Assembly (NCBI RefSeq): GCF_023055435.1 | Contig: NW_025963890.1 | Span: 24,304,001 to 24,368,000 of the forward strand | Direction: 5' to 3' | Length of the DNA: 64,000 nucleotides | Source: Haliotis rufescens | Lineage: Eukaryota | Part shown: positions 1-12,676 of the stretch, one piece after another | Layout of the letters: every line of letters begins with the position of its first letter | Position numbering within the stretch: the first letter of the stretch is position 1 | Notes under the pieces: generated by a model | Seen by the model: the letters and a program-made list of their open reading frames with translations, nothing else | The model's database searches: none | What the model was told of the DNA's origin: nothing | Translations under genes and position numbers: made by a program

Positions 1-264
1 AAAAAACAGTAAAATGTCAAAAGTATAGGTTTGGAATCTGTTTCCATTAGATGTGTACATGAGCTACGTGGGATAGGTTTTCCTCAAGAAAAATATTTAT
101 TTGAGCGATATATAACGTCCACCTCCCCAAAATCAATTTTTTAAAACCCCTTTTCTTGTCCTCAGCATTCTTTTGGCAATCAGTGTTTATTTGGGTAATC
201 CAAGGGAGACAACTTGCGCACTATTGTGAAAGAGCTGCATGGGTGGGTGTGAACTGAGCTGTAC

Positions 265-492
265 CTTAGACAGGGCCTGTGAGCGTCTCCGCTTCTGCAC
301 CAGGACATCATCAACTACATCATCCATGCCAGTGCGTGGACGCTGTCTCTCCTCGAACTCTGGGGTCACAAGGAACAGAGGCAGCCATTTTCTCTCTAGA
401 CGTTCCCTCACATACTTTTGTGCCTCCAGGATGACAGAGTTGGGGGGTCGGTCATCCAGTAACTTGCCCCACCCACCTCCTGCAGCCATTAC
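265..492 (-). CDS. RGS22: RGS22-like coding exon L (VMAAGGGWGKLL...EAQKYVRERLERKWLPLFL...SQALSK), phase 0/0; gene continues left of the window
   Basis: gttgcag acceptor, AAG|GTACAG donor, 228 nt. GGGWGK.L and QKYV..RLE..WLPLFL match recalled RGS22 sequence. Confidence 0.92.
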
Positions 493-2507
493 CTGCAACA
501 AACAGACACAACAATTAGCTCATGCAGCAAATGTCCAAGATAATTCTGTACCATTGTTTCATTAATTGTGGACATTATGTTACATGTGTTATTTCACCAG
601 CAGATTATTACACACAAATGACTTTGATGGTTTTATGGTGATTAAATATCATATTTCCATAACTACTTTCTCTTGGATTAATGACATGGTTCATGACAAA
701 TGTTCAGCTGGTTAATGATAACCTTGAAGGTGTTCTAATAAACACAAAACGTTCTACTAATGATCTCAAAATGACTTTAGAATGACCATTCCACATACCT
801 GAATCAACTATAATGGCTCGATATAGTCAACATATTGGAATATTTCCTGAACAGTTCAAACTGGGAGGTTTTAACAGGTCAATTTTCTAAAAAATAAAAA
901 ATGGTTTGTACTAATACAATCTTGAGTGGACTGAAGTGTTCTAGGGTGAAACAAACGTTTGGATTCCAGGACATTACAAGCAGTGTTTGAAGGTGACTGA
1001 ATGTAACTGCAAATGAATATCTTCCACGACATGCAGCAAGACTCCATATACTTACCTTCTCACTCAGAATGCATAGCTGATAGGAAGAATAATCAATCAC
1101 AATTGACAAACAATAGCCAAGCATTAAACGGATGATTCTTTGTGAATTTTATAGAACTTCATACCAGGACAGATATAAATAATAACAAAATCGCGTCCCA
1201 ACATTCGAGTTGCATTTGTTTCCTCAACATTAAATCTTACTGGAACAATGACTGTGTTCACCTTGGTATCTACATCTGTTGAATCAATGCTATCATTTGA
1301 ATTATTGTTCATTTTTTTAAGAATCTGCTATTTTTTTGTTTGGATGTTAGTAAAGTTTTCCCAGGCTATTATGTGTGTTTGTGTAAGACTGAGGTGATGT
1401 GATAGTGTGGCCAGTCCTCTCCACCCTGTTGTTCAATGTGTCGAGTTGGAAAGGGGATTCTCACTGTTATTGTAAGTCCAAAAAGCGAGGCTGTATTGGA
1501 AGTGTGCCGTGTGGTGCATGCACAACTGTTGCTCGTGTTAACACAAACCGTCATCCAGCAGGAAATCTTGTGTTTGGACAGAAACTCTACAGCTGCTGGT
1601 GTACCGCCAGAACAGCTTTTTTCCCTCTATTGTCAACAGCTGGTAATCACTGTCAGGAATTCTCAAACTTTGGAGAATTTCAGAGAAAATTTCAGCATCC
1701 CTCAAGTCATTTTGAAAATCTTCACGAAAATGAAATTAACATACTTTGAAAACTTCTTACTTGAATCAAACTGATTTTCATCAAGAGATGAGAACAGCAT
1801 TTAGTTTCACAGGGGAACTAAAAGTAAGTACACAACTTAGTCATGAAAACTATGAAAAAGAAACAATGAATAAGTTGGAATCACAAAACTCTGAAGCCCA
1901 CGTAACTGTTTTTCATCTCTGCAAAATTATAGAGTTTTGAAGAAAAAACATACAGATGAAACATCGCCAAAGGTCCAAAGGTCAAATACACACATATTGT
2001 TTGTACCCACATTTGATGTATTTAATTAGATAAATTTACACAGAGATACGTGAATATAATTGGAGCAGTCAGCCAAACTGACATTTTAAAAATGGCCACC
2101 ATGACGGCCATTTTCAAAATCAGATTAAAATTCTTCAAAGTTTACAAACACTATTATTTGGATAATATACTGTGCATGTCTCCATCATATAAAGTGGCTT
2201 TAGATGTGGGAAATCACTGGCCAATGTAGAGCCCCATATCCAAATTTGCTAAACATATCACCTGGACAAACAATATTTCATTATGCCTGTTTAAATTAGA
2301 TAAAAATCTGTGTGAAACAGTTTAAGAGATCATTGCGGTGATTACCTATGCCCAATTAAAGAATTCTGATTGGTATAGAGGTTTTAGGGGAGATGTGGAA
2401 AACGGATGGATGATGGTCCGGATGAGGGATGGATGAGGGATAATGTGCCATGACATAAGATCACATTACCAAGTACCATGAGAGCTAATAAAGAAAGGAC
2501 TATATCT

Positions 2508-2710
2508 TTGTTTATTTGTTTGTCTCTCTGTTAACACCACTTCGCAATATGGCGGTCTGTAAATAATGAAGTCTGGACTAGACAATCCATAGATTGACAT
2601 CATGATCTTACAATGACATGCAATAGATCACGTCACCGAGTCAGACCACCCTATCCACTTAGTCGGCAAGCATAGGTTGCTGGGGACCTACATTCTTACC
2701 CAGGATCCCC
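2508..2710 (-). mobile_element. SINE-like family B copy (diverged)
   Basis: GGCGGTCTGTAAATAAT...GTCTGGACTAGACAATCC...GACCACCC...GGCAAGCATAGGTTGCTG similar to the 10138 copy. Confidence 0.68.
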
Positions 2711-3594
2711 AACGATGACTACACTTGTAACTACATACGAGATATAAAAGACAGCGTAGATGTGATATCAATTAGTTCTTAAAAATACATTTTACAAAAT
2801 AGAATGTAAGACTTAACCATCACACAAACATGGGAATGAACCAAGAGTCAAAGGGACTCTTGCACAGGGCAATCTCCATATTCAGACTGGTTATATTGTA
2901 GTTTAAGCATATAATAGCTGTACTAAGATCACTTGCCATAGGGTCCTTCTGCTGTTGTTTCACAGGTAGAATACGGGTATGCTAAACATGGACACAGTCC
3001 AGACTGACAACTTCAATGAATTAAGTCTACATATCAAAGTTTATCACAACCTATACACATATTGCTGGGTTTGGCTCATGCATACACATGTTTTATATCT
3101 TCTTTCTTAAAAACAAATGATACATTGACTATTCACAAAGTGAGATATCATTTTTTTTTGCTTGACTTTCCTAACACATTTTGCCTGAGCTGTTGCCAAT
3201 CCAAAATGGCTGGTTGATATATCAAATTACTTAATGATTAAATTATTTCACCGATATTGCACACGCAGTATACCATGGTGAGTTCAGTTGGCATAAATTG
3301 ACAAATAATTTCTGTTTGGAAAGTACTGGTATGTCATATTGATGTCCTTTGATACCTGCAGATCATCGTGTCTTTCTAATTGCATTTTATTACTTCCTCA
3401 AAGGCCAAATCATTACATGAATCTTATATAGAACATCACTATAAATACCACGCTAAGAGTGGTTTCTCTTCAGATGCAATTTTCCACAATGACCAGGTGC
3501 CCAGGCCTACTTTGTTTTCTTTTTTTTCTCAGAAGGTAGCAGTGTCAAAAACAGTTCCTGTCCACCATGGTGTTACAGCTACCAGTATATCATA

Positions 3595-3676
3595 GTGAGT
3601 GAGTGAGTAAGTATGGTTTTACGCCGCTTTTAGCAATATTCCAGCAATATCACAGCGGGGGACACCAGAAATGGGC
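3595..3676 (-). mobile_element. SINE family A, 5'-truncated
   Basis: (GAGT)n-ATGGTTTTACGCCGCTTTTAGCAATATTCCAGCAATATCAC..GGGGACACCAGAAATGGGC matches the 4628 copy. Confidence 0.75.
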
Positions 3677-4240
3677 GCTGTATCATAAGCCTGGGAAGTT
3701 GGGTTGTTGCAATACGTCGCAATCTCCTGATATAATATGCATCGCGATACTTTGTTCTTGGTGATTATTTTGCGTAAATTTTCATGTTGAAAAAAAAACT
3801 ATTAAAAAGGTTTGAAAATTTCTGAATATCTTGTTCATATTTGAAATAAAAATATCTCATTTCAATCTATAATTTATTTCAGATAAAGCTGGAGTGGCAA
3901 CATAAGTATTTCTATCATAAATACAATAGCAAATTCCGTGTTTGCGAAATACCTTAGATGTGCACCTGAAATTAAATATATTAAATATAAATTACTACAT
4001 GTAGATCCATGTGTGAAACAGTTCAGTGGGTATCACACATCATATCCTTTCAGAATAATATTGCTGCATTGACGTAGTGGTGACACCCCTTCAGGAGAAC
4101 CAACTCTTTAGTTAGACCCACGCATCACTCACATTCACAGATATACAATGTATTCTCAAAACAATATTATCAACTGGATCAAACCAAACATCACTAAAGA
4201 AAGTGTTTACACTGCATGTTTTAACACATCTGCACGATGA

Positions 4241-4356
4241 GGCTAGTGGTTGAAGCTTTTGCTCGTCATGTCAAAGACCCGGGTTCAATTCCACTCATGA
4301 GTACAATGTGTGAAGCCCATTTCTGGTGTCCCCCGCCATGATATTGTGGAATATTA
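4241..4356 (+). mobile_element. SINE family A copy
   Basis: CTAGTGGTTGAAGCTTTTGCTCGTCA...GGGTTCAATTCC...GAAGCCCATTTCTGGTGTCCCCC; inverted relative to 4628. Confidence 0.75.
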
Positions 4357-4627
4357 GAGAATATTTGTGGAAGTAGAGTGCACATTTCAAGTTACCAAAA
4401 TAGACATGCTACATATGCTTTCTCATAAACTTGTCTGCATTATTTCAAGCTATGGTTGATTGGGTATATATTTTATCTATCAGCTCTTGATCATTGTTGA
4501 TTGTGTGGAAAATGTCACAGTACACCATTCAAAAATGAATTCTTCAGAAAAACAGGGGAAGAGCTGCCTTTAAGTGATTGTGTAAATTAGAAATTGAAAG
4601 ACATGAGATTTTGATGCAACTATTTGT

Positions 4628-4790
4628 ATGAGTGAGTGAGTATGGTTTTACACCACTTTTAGCAATATTCCAGCAATATCACGGTGGGGGAACACCAGAA
4701 ATAGGTGTCACACAGTGTACCCATGTCGGGAATTGAACCAAGGTCATCGGCATGACGAGCGAACGCTTTAACCACTAGGCTACCCAACCC
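4628..4790 (-). mobile_element. tRNA-derived SINE family A, (ACTC)n tail
   Basis: Minus strand: GGGTAGCCTAGTGGTTAAAGCGTTCGCTCGTCA (A box), GGTTCAATTCC (B box), body, ACTC tail. Several copies in the window. Confidence 0.8.
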
Positions 4791-6582
4791 GACCGGTGAT
4801 GAAAATATAATACATATTTTTGTAGCTCAAACACAAAACTAAAAAGCATTTTATTAAATCTCAACATATGTATATCACCTTATATTGATTTTGAAATTCA
4901 GTTTCACAGCAAATACCCTGTATGTATGTAGATACAGGGTGGCAGGGTTGAGCAAATTTCTCCTTGTGAAAATTTGTTGATAAAATTGTTAACGTATACA
5001 AGATGTATGCCCCAACAGACCCCACCCCCTTCTACAGGCCTGTTTATAAAGTTAGATTGCTTTGTCTCCATAGAATAACAGTGGAATGTTGGATAAAAAT
5101 ATCTTTATTAGTTAAACACAAATAAATTTGACTGACAACAAATGAATAAGAGTGTGCATGATGTATGACAGCCAATCCTTATGAGATGACAACAGACAGA
5201 GGGAAGCTTCCAAGACTGCTCTCCCCTTATTTCTAAACCCTGCACTCATGATAATACTGCCGTGAAAATGTCTCTCATTTATATAGTCACAACTACAATG
5301 TTACAACCATTGTACACCTCAGCAACACATTCACTCTGCAATGCAGTGTGGACAGGAGGCTCCTATAGTTAGCAATACACCTGAATACATATTGCCTCTT
5401 CATGACAAACAGCCTGAATGTACATGAATGACTGAGGCTCCATGTTCTGGTAATGGAATATAACTGCCGTGGCCTGCATGAACTTCTGGAGAGAGACAAG
5501 CCAATGTCAACAAGCTCAACATTCACACAAGTAATGATTGACTCCTTGGGGTCGAAAATTGGTTCCGAGATCCTTCAAAGATCTGGCAGAAATATCAAGC
5601 AGCTAGTGTTTTTCTCTTCTAGCAAATGTCAGTAACTGGCTGCAGGAAATGCCACGACTCAGTCAGTGACAATATAGGAGAACACACATACTTTGTCCCG
5701 ACGAAATATCACTGCCAAACATTTCATGTTGTCAACACTGTTCAAAATTGCATGCATTCTAGTATATAAGACCTATTTCCTTCACTTTGAATCCCTTATG
5801 TGAATAAATATTTACACCAGTTGCCACTGTTTACAAAGAAAACACATCCTTTTCTTACTGGTGGTTTCTGCAGCTGGGCCACATTTCCTCACACATTGGA
5901 TATGGCAATTACCCACAGAAAAACTGGCAGGCAGGGCATGGTCTAAGGGGGGTAACTCCTGTCATCCTAACTGACAGGGTGCCTGTCTGGCAGGGTCGAG
6001 GTGAGAACAGATATGTTGTTAGTGAATACCTTCACCTGCAAGGTGTTGTTAGCAGTGACAGATGGGATAGCAAGGTATCATGTCATCAGAGGAGGAAGGG
6101 ATATCTGTCACTGCTGATGATATCAACAGGACGTATGCATGTAATTGGCCAGCTATCTCATCACCAACTGGAGATAGTCATCATTTACATGGAGCTCCCA
6201 TCATCAATGCTTGGCTGATTGTAGAGGATAAACAGTGAGAATCTGGTACAGTCTATAACAAAGTACAGTTACTCTATTTCGATAACAGCTATTGTATGTA
6301 GGCAATGATGTGATCAAATGTTTAAAATAAATAAATTTATAAGGCACCAGTGGAGCCAAAAGCCACAGTCATGACATGAAATTGGATATTAATTTATTTG
6401 ACTCTACATCTTAAATGGATTAAAAAACCTAACTGTTACGTATGCAAAAAACTTTAAAAATCAAAGTAACAATAAACAAGTAAACATAAAGTAACAACGC
6501 AAAAATATTAATTGATGAAATACACTTTGTGTGTAGTCTGTGGCCACTGTTAACCCCTTTTACAGAGAACCCATCTTCTCTG

Positions 6583-8252
6583 ACTGGCTGCTTACAGTCT
6601 GGGAGCACAGCTGATCACAGACCTAGAGTACTGGTTGGTTACAGTCTAGGTGTACAGCTGATCACAGGCCTAGAGTACTGGTTGGTTACAGTCTGGGAGT
6701 ACAGCTGATCACAGACCTAGAGTACTAGTTGGTTACAGTCTGGGTGTACAGCTGATCACAGACCTAGAGAACTTGTTGGTTACAGTCTGGGTGTACAGCT
6801 GATCACAGACCTAGAGTACTGGTTAGTTACAGTCTGGGTGTACAGCTGATCACAGACCTAGAGTACTGGTTGGTTACAGTCTGGGAGTACAGCTGATCAC
6901 AGACCTAGAGTACTGGTTGGTTACAGTCTGGGAGTACAGCTGATCACAGACCTAGAGTACTGGTTGGTTACAGTCTGGGTGTACAGCTGATCACAGACCT
7001 AGAGTACTGGTTGGTTACAGTCTGGGTGTACAGCTGATCACAGACCTAGAGTACTGGTTGGTTACAGTCTGGGTGTACAACTGATCACAGACCTAGAGTA
7101 CTGGTTGGTTACAGTCTGGGTGTACAGCTGATCACAGACCTAGAGTACTGGTTGGTTACAGTCTGGGTGTACAGCTGATCACAGACCTAGAGTACTGGTT
7201 GGTTACAGTCTGGGTGTACAGCTGATCACAGGCATAGAGTACTGGTTGGTTACAGTCTGGGTGTACAGCTGATCACAGACCTAGAGTACTGGTGGGTTAC
7301 AGTCTGTGAGTACAGCTGATCACAGACCTAGAGTACTGGTTGGTTACAGTCTGGGTGTACAGCTGATCACAGGCATAGAGTACTGGTTGGTTACAGTCTG
7401 GGTGTACAGCTGATCACAGACCTAGAGTACTGGTTGGTTACAGTCTGGGTGTACAGCTGATCACAGACCTAGAGTACTGGTTGGCTACAGTCTGGGTGTA
7501 CAGCTGATCACAGGCCTGGAGAACTTGTTGGTTACAGTCTGGGTGTACAGCTGATCACAGACCTAGAGTACTGGTTGGTTACAGTCTGGGTGTACAGCTG
7601 ATCACAGACCTAGAGTACTGGCTGCTTACAGTCTGGGATCACAGCTGATCACAGACCTAGAGTACTGGTTGGTTACAGTCTAGGTGTACAGCTGATCACA
7701 GGCCTAGAGTACTGGTTGGTTACAGTCTGGGAGTACAGCTGATCACAGACCTAGAGTACTAGTTGGTTACAGTCTGGGTGTACAGCTGATCACAGACCTA
7801 GAGTACTGGTTGGTTACAGTCTGGGTGTACAGCTGATCACAGACCTAGAGTACTGGTTAGTTACAGTCTGGGTGTACAGCTGATCACAGACCTAGAGTAC
7901 TGGTTGGTTACAGTCTGGGAGTACAGCTGATCACAGACCTAGAGTACTGGTTGGTTACAGTCTGGGTGTACAGCTGATCACAGACCTAGAGTACTGGTTG
8001 GTTACAGTCTGGGTGTACAGCTGATCACAGACCTAGAGTACTGGTTGGTTACAGTCTGGGTGTACAACTGATCACAGACCTAGAGTACTGGTTGGTTACA
8101 GTCTGGGTGTACAGCTGATCACAGACCTAGAGTACTGGTTGGTTACAGTCTGGGTGTACAGCTGATCACAGACCTAGAGTACTGGTTGGTTACAGTCTGG
8201 GTGTACAGCTGATCACAGACCTAGAGTACTGGTTGGTTACAGTCTGGGAGTA
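6583..8252. repeat. 47-bp minisatellite, ~35 copies
   Basis: Unit GGTTACAGTCTGGGTGTACAGCTGATCACAGACCTAGAGTACTGGTT. Confidence 0.97.
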
Positions 8253-8359
8253 CCCTGCGTACTCTCTCACCACATGACAGAACTGCACAGATCAGCATAG
8301 AGTAAAGTTGTCATCTTAACTCAGGTGAGTTATATGTCCACAATCAGTTATACTGATGA

Positions 8360-8394
8360 TGTAATGTAATGTAATGTAATGTAATGTAATGTAA
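8360..8394. repeat. (TGTAA)n microsatellite
   Basis: Direct reading. Confidence 0.9.
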
Positions 8395-8857
8395 AATGTA
8401 GGTTCTTTATCATTTTATTTATATCTAAATGGGCTAAACAATCATAGGTTATTGCTAAAATATATTCTAACACTTCACATTAATGAATGAAATATGTGTG
8501 CAAGTATTGTTTTACCTCTACTTCCACTTTCTAAATAGCTTGCTGACTGGGTCAGATGCCTTGTCCACATGACCAAAGGGTTAACCCTGTCAGCAAGCTG
8601 ACTCCACGCCCTCCTACAGTTGCATGGTATTAACATTTGCGATCAGTTTCATCAGCCCACTGAAATTTCTGATTCTGACCAAGATTTGTGCAGTCTGAAA
8701 TGATGCTACAGTAAGGAGCTCCTTTCCTCCAAAATACTGATTCACTGAATGCTCATCTTGTTCCAAAACAAGTTTCTTTCTTATCAAGTTATTCAAGAAC
8801 TAAATGGTTTGTTCTTCAAATTGGTGACGATAGTGTCAATAATGGGTGTTAGCTCAC

Positions 8858-9190
8858 CTTATCTTGACCCTCCTTCCCAGCAGGACTGTTAGGGCCGAAG
8901 AAGTATTTCTTGTTAAGGTATTTTGTTTTGATCTCCTTGGCTTTCTGATCCCGCTTCTTCTCATCCGAGTGTGTAATTCTCCGCCATGCCTCAGTGTCCA
9001 TCCAACACATCAGGTCCATGCTGGCGTAGTTGTCCGCGAGGAACTGGCGGAAGTGTTCCAGCTCAATACGGTTGTGTATCAGCTTCTCCAGAGTGTAGTC
9101 TCGGAAATCAGGGGGAATGTTCTCCAAGAGACTATCATCATATACAGGGTCCTCGAAGCCTTCCATGGGGTCATCAGGGGTCAACACGCG
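8858..9190 (-). CDS. RGS22: RGS22-like coding exon K (RVLTPDD...ELEHFRQFLADNYASMDLMCWMDTEAWRR...KYFFGPNSPAGKEGQDK), phase 0/0
   Basis: tatttcag acceptor, AAG|GTGAGC donor, 333 nt. RGS domain; YLNKKYFFGPNSPA is a recalled RGS22 motif. Confidence 0.93.
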
Positions 9191-9554
9191 CTGAAATATA
9201 TCAGCGCAATGTCACCATTGAACAGCACCTGTATGTGATATTACTCTCTACATGTCAATCATTCCCTGTCTTTCATATAGTTGAAACACACCTCTCCCTG
9301 TTTCACCAACTTGGGATGAAGCAAAAGAAGAGTCCATAAAATATTTGCTTTAGCTTCATATTGTTTCATAAAAAAAGACTTGCTTTTTCTTCACCTAAAC
9401 ATTAATACATAGTCTTTGAATGACATTTAGAAGTGATACACATAAGGAAGAGAATTTAAGGATGTCAACTTGTACATTATGAGGAACACAATGTTTCGGA
9501 GTATCTACTTACTCCTTCAAAAGGTGAATAAATGCAAGAGGCAGAGAATATATA

Positions 9555-9681
9555 TACTACTCAAAAGAAGTTAAGGATCAGCAGATTCTTTCAAATTACT
9601 ATTGTTAATCTGTAATGGCATGAGAGATTAACTATAGTAATAGAAAATAATTGGGTGATCCTTAACTTCTTTTGAGTAGTA
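9555..9681. mobile_element. Tiny TA-targeting (Tc1/mariner-type) MITE, 127 bp
   Basis: Perfect 26-bp TIR TACTACTCAAAAGAAGTTAAGGATCA / TGATCCTTAACTTCTTTTGAGTAGTA, flanked by TA on both sides. Confidence 0.8.
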
Positions 9682-9898
9682 TATATGTACCTCTAAGGAC
9701 AACAAAAGTAATAAGATAACACAGGTGGAAACCAACAGTTAATTGGCACTGATAGGTGATTTGCAATGGACAAATGGAAGCCAACAGTTAACAGTTAATT
9801 AGCGCTGATTGGATTTCAAACGCACAGTGCTCTTGTGGAGGTTAAACCCAACCTGACTGTTCATGTAGTTGACCAAACATTGACCAACTCCCACTGAC

Positions 9899-9982
9899 CT
9901 CCTTGATGAGGCCTCGCTTCTGTAGGTGTAGCACATACTTGGACCGGGTCTCCAGGTGGCGCTTCACATCAATCAGCTCCAC
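9899..9982 (-). CDS. RGS22: RGS22-like coding exon J (VELIDVKRHLETRSKYVLHLQKRGLIKE), phase 0/0
   Basis: ctgtag acceptor, GAG|GTCAGT donor, 84 nt, open and phase-consistent; read manually. Confidence 0.82.
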
Positions 9983-10137
9983 CTACAGGCAGAAAATGTA
10001 CGACAGTTAATGTTTGTGAAAACCCCTCATAAGTCGATGGCAGACCCTGTGACAGGCTGTTCACATGTCCACGGTGACAGTCATGAGGCTGTGATTGATT
10101 TCTTGACATGCTCTTGGACTATATATTAAGTAATCTG

Positions 10138-10421
10138 TTTGTTTGTTTGTTTGTTTGTTTGTTTGTTATTTAACGCTGCACTCAGCAATATTCCAGCCTA
10201 ATGTTGGTGGTCTGTAAATAATTGAGTCTGGACCAGACAATCCAGTGATTGATATCATGAGCAACAATCTACCCAATTAGGATACAATTACATGCATCAA
10301 CCAAGTCAGCGAGCCTGACCACCCGATTCTGTTAGTCGCCTCTTACTGCAAGCATAGTCGCCTTTTACGGTAAGCATGGGTTGCTGAAGACCTATTGTAC
10401 CCCAGATCTTCATGGGTATGC
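10138..10421 (-). mobile_element. SINE-like family B with (AAAC)n tail and 10-bp TSD
   Basis: (GTTT)n then CAATATTCCAGC...GAGTCTGGACCAGACAATCCAGTGAT...GAGCCTGACCACCCGAT...CATGGGTTGCTGAAGACC. AAGTAATCTG duplicated at 10128-10137 and 10422-10431. Confidence 0.82.
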
Positions 10422-10862
10422 AAGTAATCTGATACTCTCTAGGACATATCTGGTGAAATGGGTTTATTGGTCCGACCTGCTTGTTTCCTGATGTACAAAT
10501 GCATGTCTAGGTGACCTGTACTTTGTGTATGTGGTGTGACTGACACGGGGCTTGAACATGTAGAACATGCTACATGCAGACAACAGAAAGAGATGCATTC
10601 ATTCAGTAGTGAGGGAGTGAGTGAGGTTACTTTTGTGAAAGCTTTTAGCTTATTCCAATAATATTGTGAGGAAGCAGAACTGGGTACCAGGCATAACAAG
10701 CCGCCACATTACTTCACCATTGAATACATTCATTCATGATGATACAGGTTCATCACCTTATCTCCTAAACTCCAAGATGAAGGAACAATGATACTCATGG
10801 TCAGGACATAGTGTGATGAAAGCAGGGCACTGTCAGCCAGTCTGTGGGACATGTGTACCTAC

Positions 10863-11057
10863 CTTGCTGTAGGTCTTCACGTCATCGTTCAGGTTGTAGA
10901 GCCAGGCGTCGTACAGGATTGCCAAGGAGTGCTCTTCTGCTGCATCAAATAGTTCCTCATATGGAGGGTCCAGACAGCGGTATATCTCATCTCTGATTGG
11001 TCCAGAACAACCGATGTCGTACATTGCCCCTCGAACAACATACTGGGAGTACACAGC
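10863..11057 (-). CDS. RGS22: RGS22-like coding exon I (AVYSQYVVRGAMYDIG...PPYEELFDAAEEH...KTYSK), phase 0/0
   Basis: atccccag acceptor, AAG|GTAGGT donor, 195 nt. RGS-domain C-terminal helices (Y..Y....A..DI; LFD.A). Confidence 0.9.
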
Positions 11058-11431
11058 CTGGGGATAAACAGGGACAACATTGTAAAACTCTTCAGCTTAC
11101 ATTTCTTCACATTTGTTCTTGATATTATAGTGTATGAACCACACATCATAATTTCTCCAATATTCTGGTTTCTTTATCTGTGATCTGTATTCTGTATCAT
11201 TTGAATATTGAAAGATGTAGGAAAAGGGAAGCAACCCCTGTAGGAACATGGCCATTTACCCCAACTGTGGTCACAAACCGTCAATTCACACAAAACTCAT
11301 CAACTGGCCATCACAAACTGTCAATTATCACATAACACTCACCAATTGGCTGTGTGTGTTATTGTGTCAATGAACCTCTATGCAAAGTGTGTGACCCTAA
11401 CCCTCTCCCTTCATCTCACAGGGCCACTTAC

Positions 11432-11533
11432 ATGAGCCTTCTTCTCCAGCATGTAGTGGTCGATGACATCCGTGTAGAACAGAAGGTGGTATTCCTGCAC
11501 TTCACGCCAGAAGTCCAGCGCCGACAGCCACAG
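11432..11533 (-). CDS. RGS22: RGS22-like coding exon H (LWLSALDFWREVQEYHLLFYTDVIDHYMLEKKAH), phase 0/0
   Basis: ttttctag acceptor, GTAAGT donor, 102 nt. RGS signature LxFWxEVxxY. Not in the ORF track; read manually. Confidence 0.9.
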
Positions 11534-11804
11534 CTAGAAAAGCAACATCAGCCACAGCAATAAGGTACACAATCCACATGTATTCTGTATGTATCTGTAT
11601 TCTTTATATATTCAAACTGCCACAAAAATGATTGCTAGAAAAACATGTAAACTCTGGCACCACAAAAGTCAGCATTAACAAAATTAACTTTTTCTTGGAT
11701 TTAGGGGATTTCTGTAAGTGATGCAAGACTGTCCTGTGAGCCATCAGTTTCTGGCTTTTACTTTTCTAAACTGACTTGTTTGTACAAAATATTTCATTTC
11801 TTAC

Positions 11805-12189
11805 CTTATTTTTACCTCTCTCAACAAATTTTCTGAAGAAGCCACCTGATGATCTCTCGTGGTGCAGTGCCTGAAGCAGTGCCTCCATTCTCCGGCCTCC
11901 GGTGAACTCTGACACTGTGGACGAACTCTTCACTGAAGCTGCAGAGGTTGGGCGTGCTGGAGTGGTAGGGGACAGCCTGTTGGAAGGAGACACAGGTCTT
12001 GCTGTGCGGCGGGGGGACAGCATACTAGAGGATGGCCGGCCTGACACTGGACGTGCTGTGTGTCGGGGGGACAGACGGTCAGACATCACTGAGGCAGACT
12101 CCCAGGAATCAGATGAATCAGACAAAGCAGAGACTGGACGACTTGCTGGCACCTTTGCAGATTTCTGTCTGGAAACAGCTGACTGAGCT
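11805..12189 (-). CDS. RGS22: RGS22-like coding exon G (AQSAVSRQ...LLQALHHERSSGGFFRKFVERGKNK), phase 2/0
   Basis: tgtttcag acceptor, AAG|GTAAGA donor, 385 nt. Ends in the start of an RGS-like domain. Confidence 0.87.
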
Positions 12190-12470
12190 CTGAAACACAC
12201 AAACACTGGATCATGAAACCTCACAGGTAGGAAAACATTTTTCAACTGTTTTTCCTTATCATATTTGTCATACCACTTCAAAAGCCATTATTTGTGTACG
12301 CAGTAAATGTCACCATGCTGAATGCAATGGCTTGTTTTTAATTTTTGACTTGATATTTATCAAGAAAAATTAAAGATCTGGAAGGGTTCCAATTTAACAA
12401 AGCTTTTCAACAAAACACATTGTAGCATACACATAGTTTACAACACTCAGTATTTCCTTTAGTTAGATAC

Positions 12471-12676
12471 CTTGCAGTAGCCGGAGTCCGCACTCTGGCG
12501 GAGGTGACTCTATCCATCTTGAGTCGGGGAGACAGGAGCTCCTTGGGCTTCTTACTGTGTGTCTTGGCACTCTCCCTCTGGGAGGTGACTGTGCTGGGCC
12601 GGGCATACACTCTCTTCAGTCCGACTGGTGGCGATGTTGGGGCACTGAAGTCTTCCTGACACACTGGCGCCAGCGC
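12471..12676 (-). CDS. RGS22: RGS22-like coding exon F (ALAPVCQEDFSAPTSPP...RVRTPATA), phase 0/2
   Basis: tgcag acceptor, AG|GTATCT donor, 206 nt. GC-rich coding-like composition and phase-consistent; low-conservation region. Confidence 0.78.
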
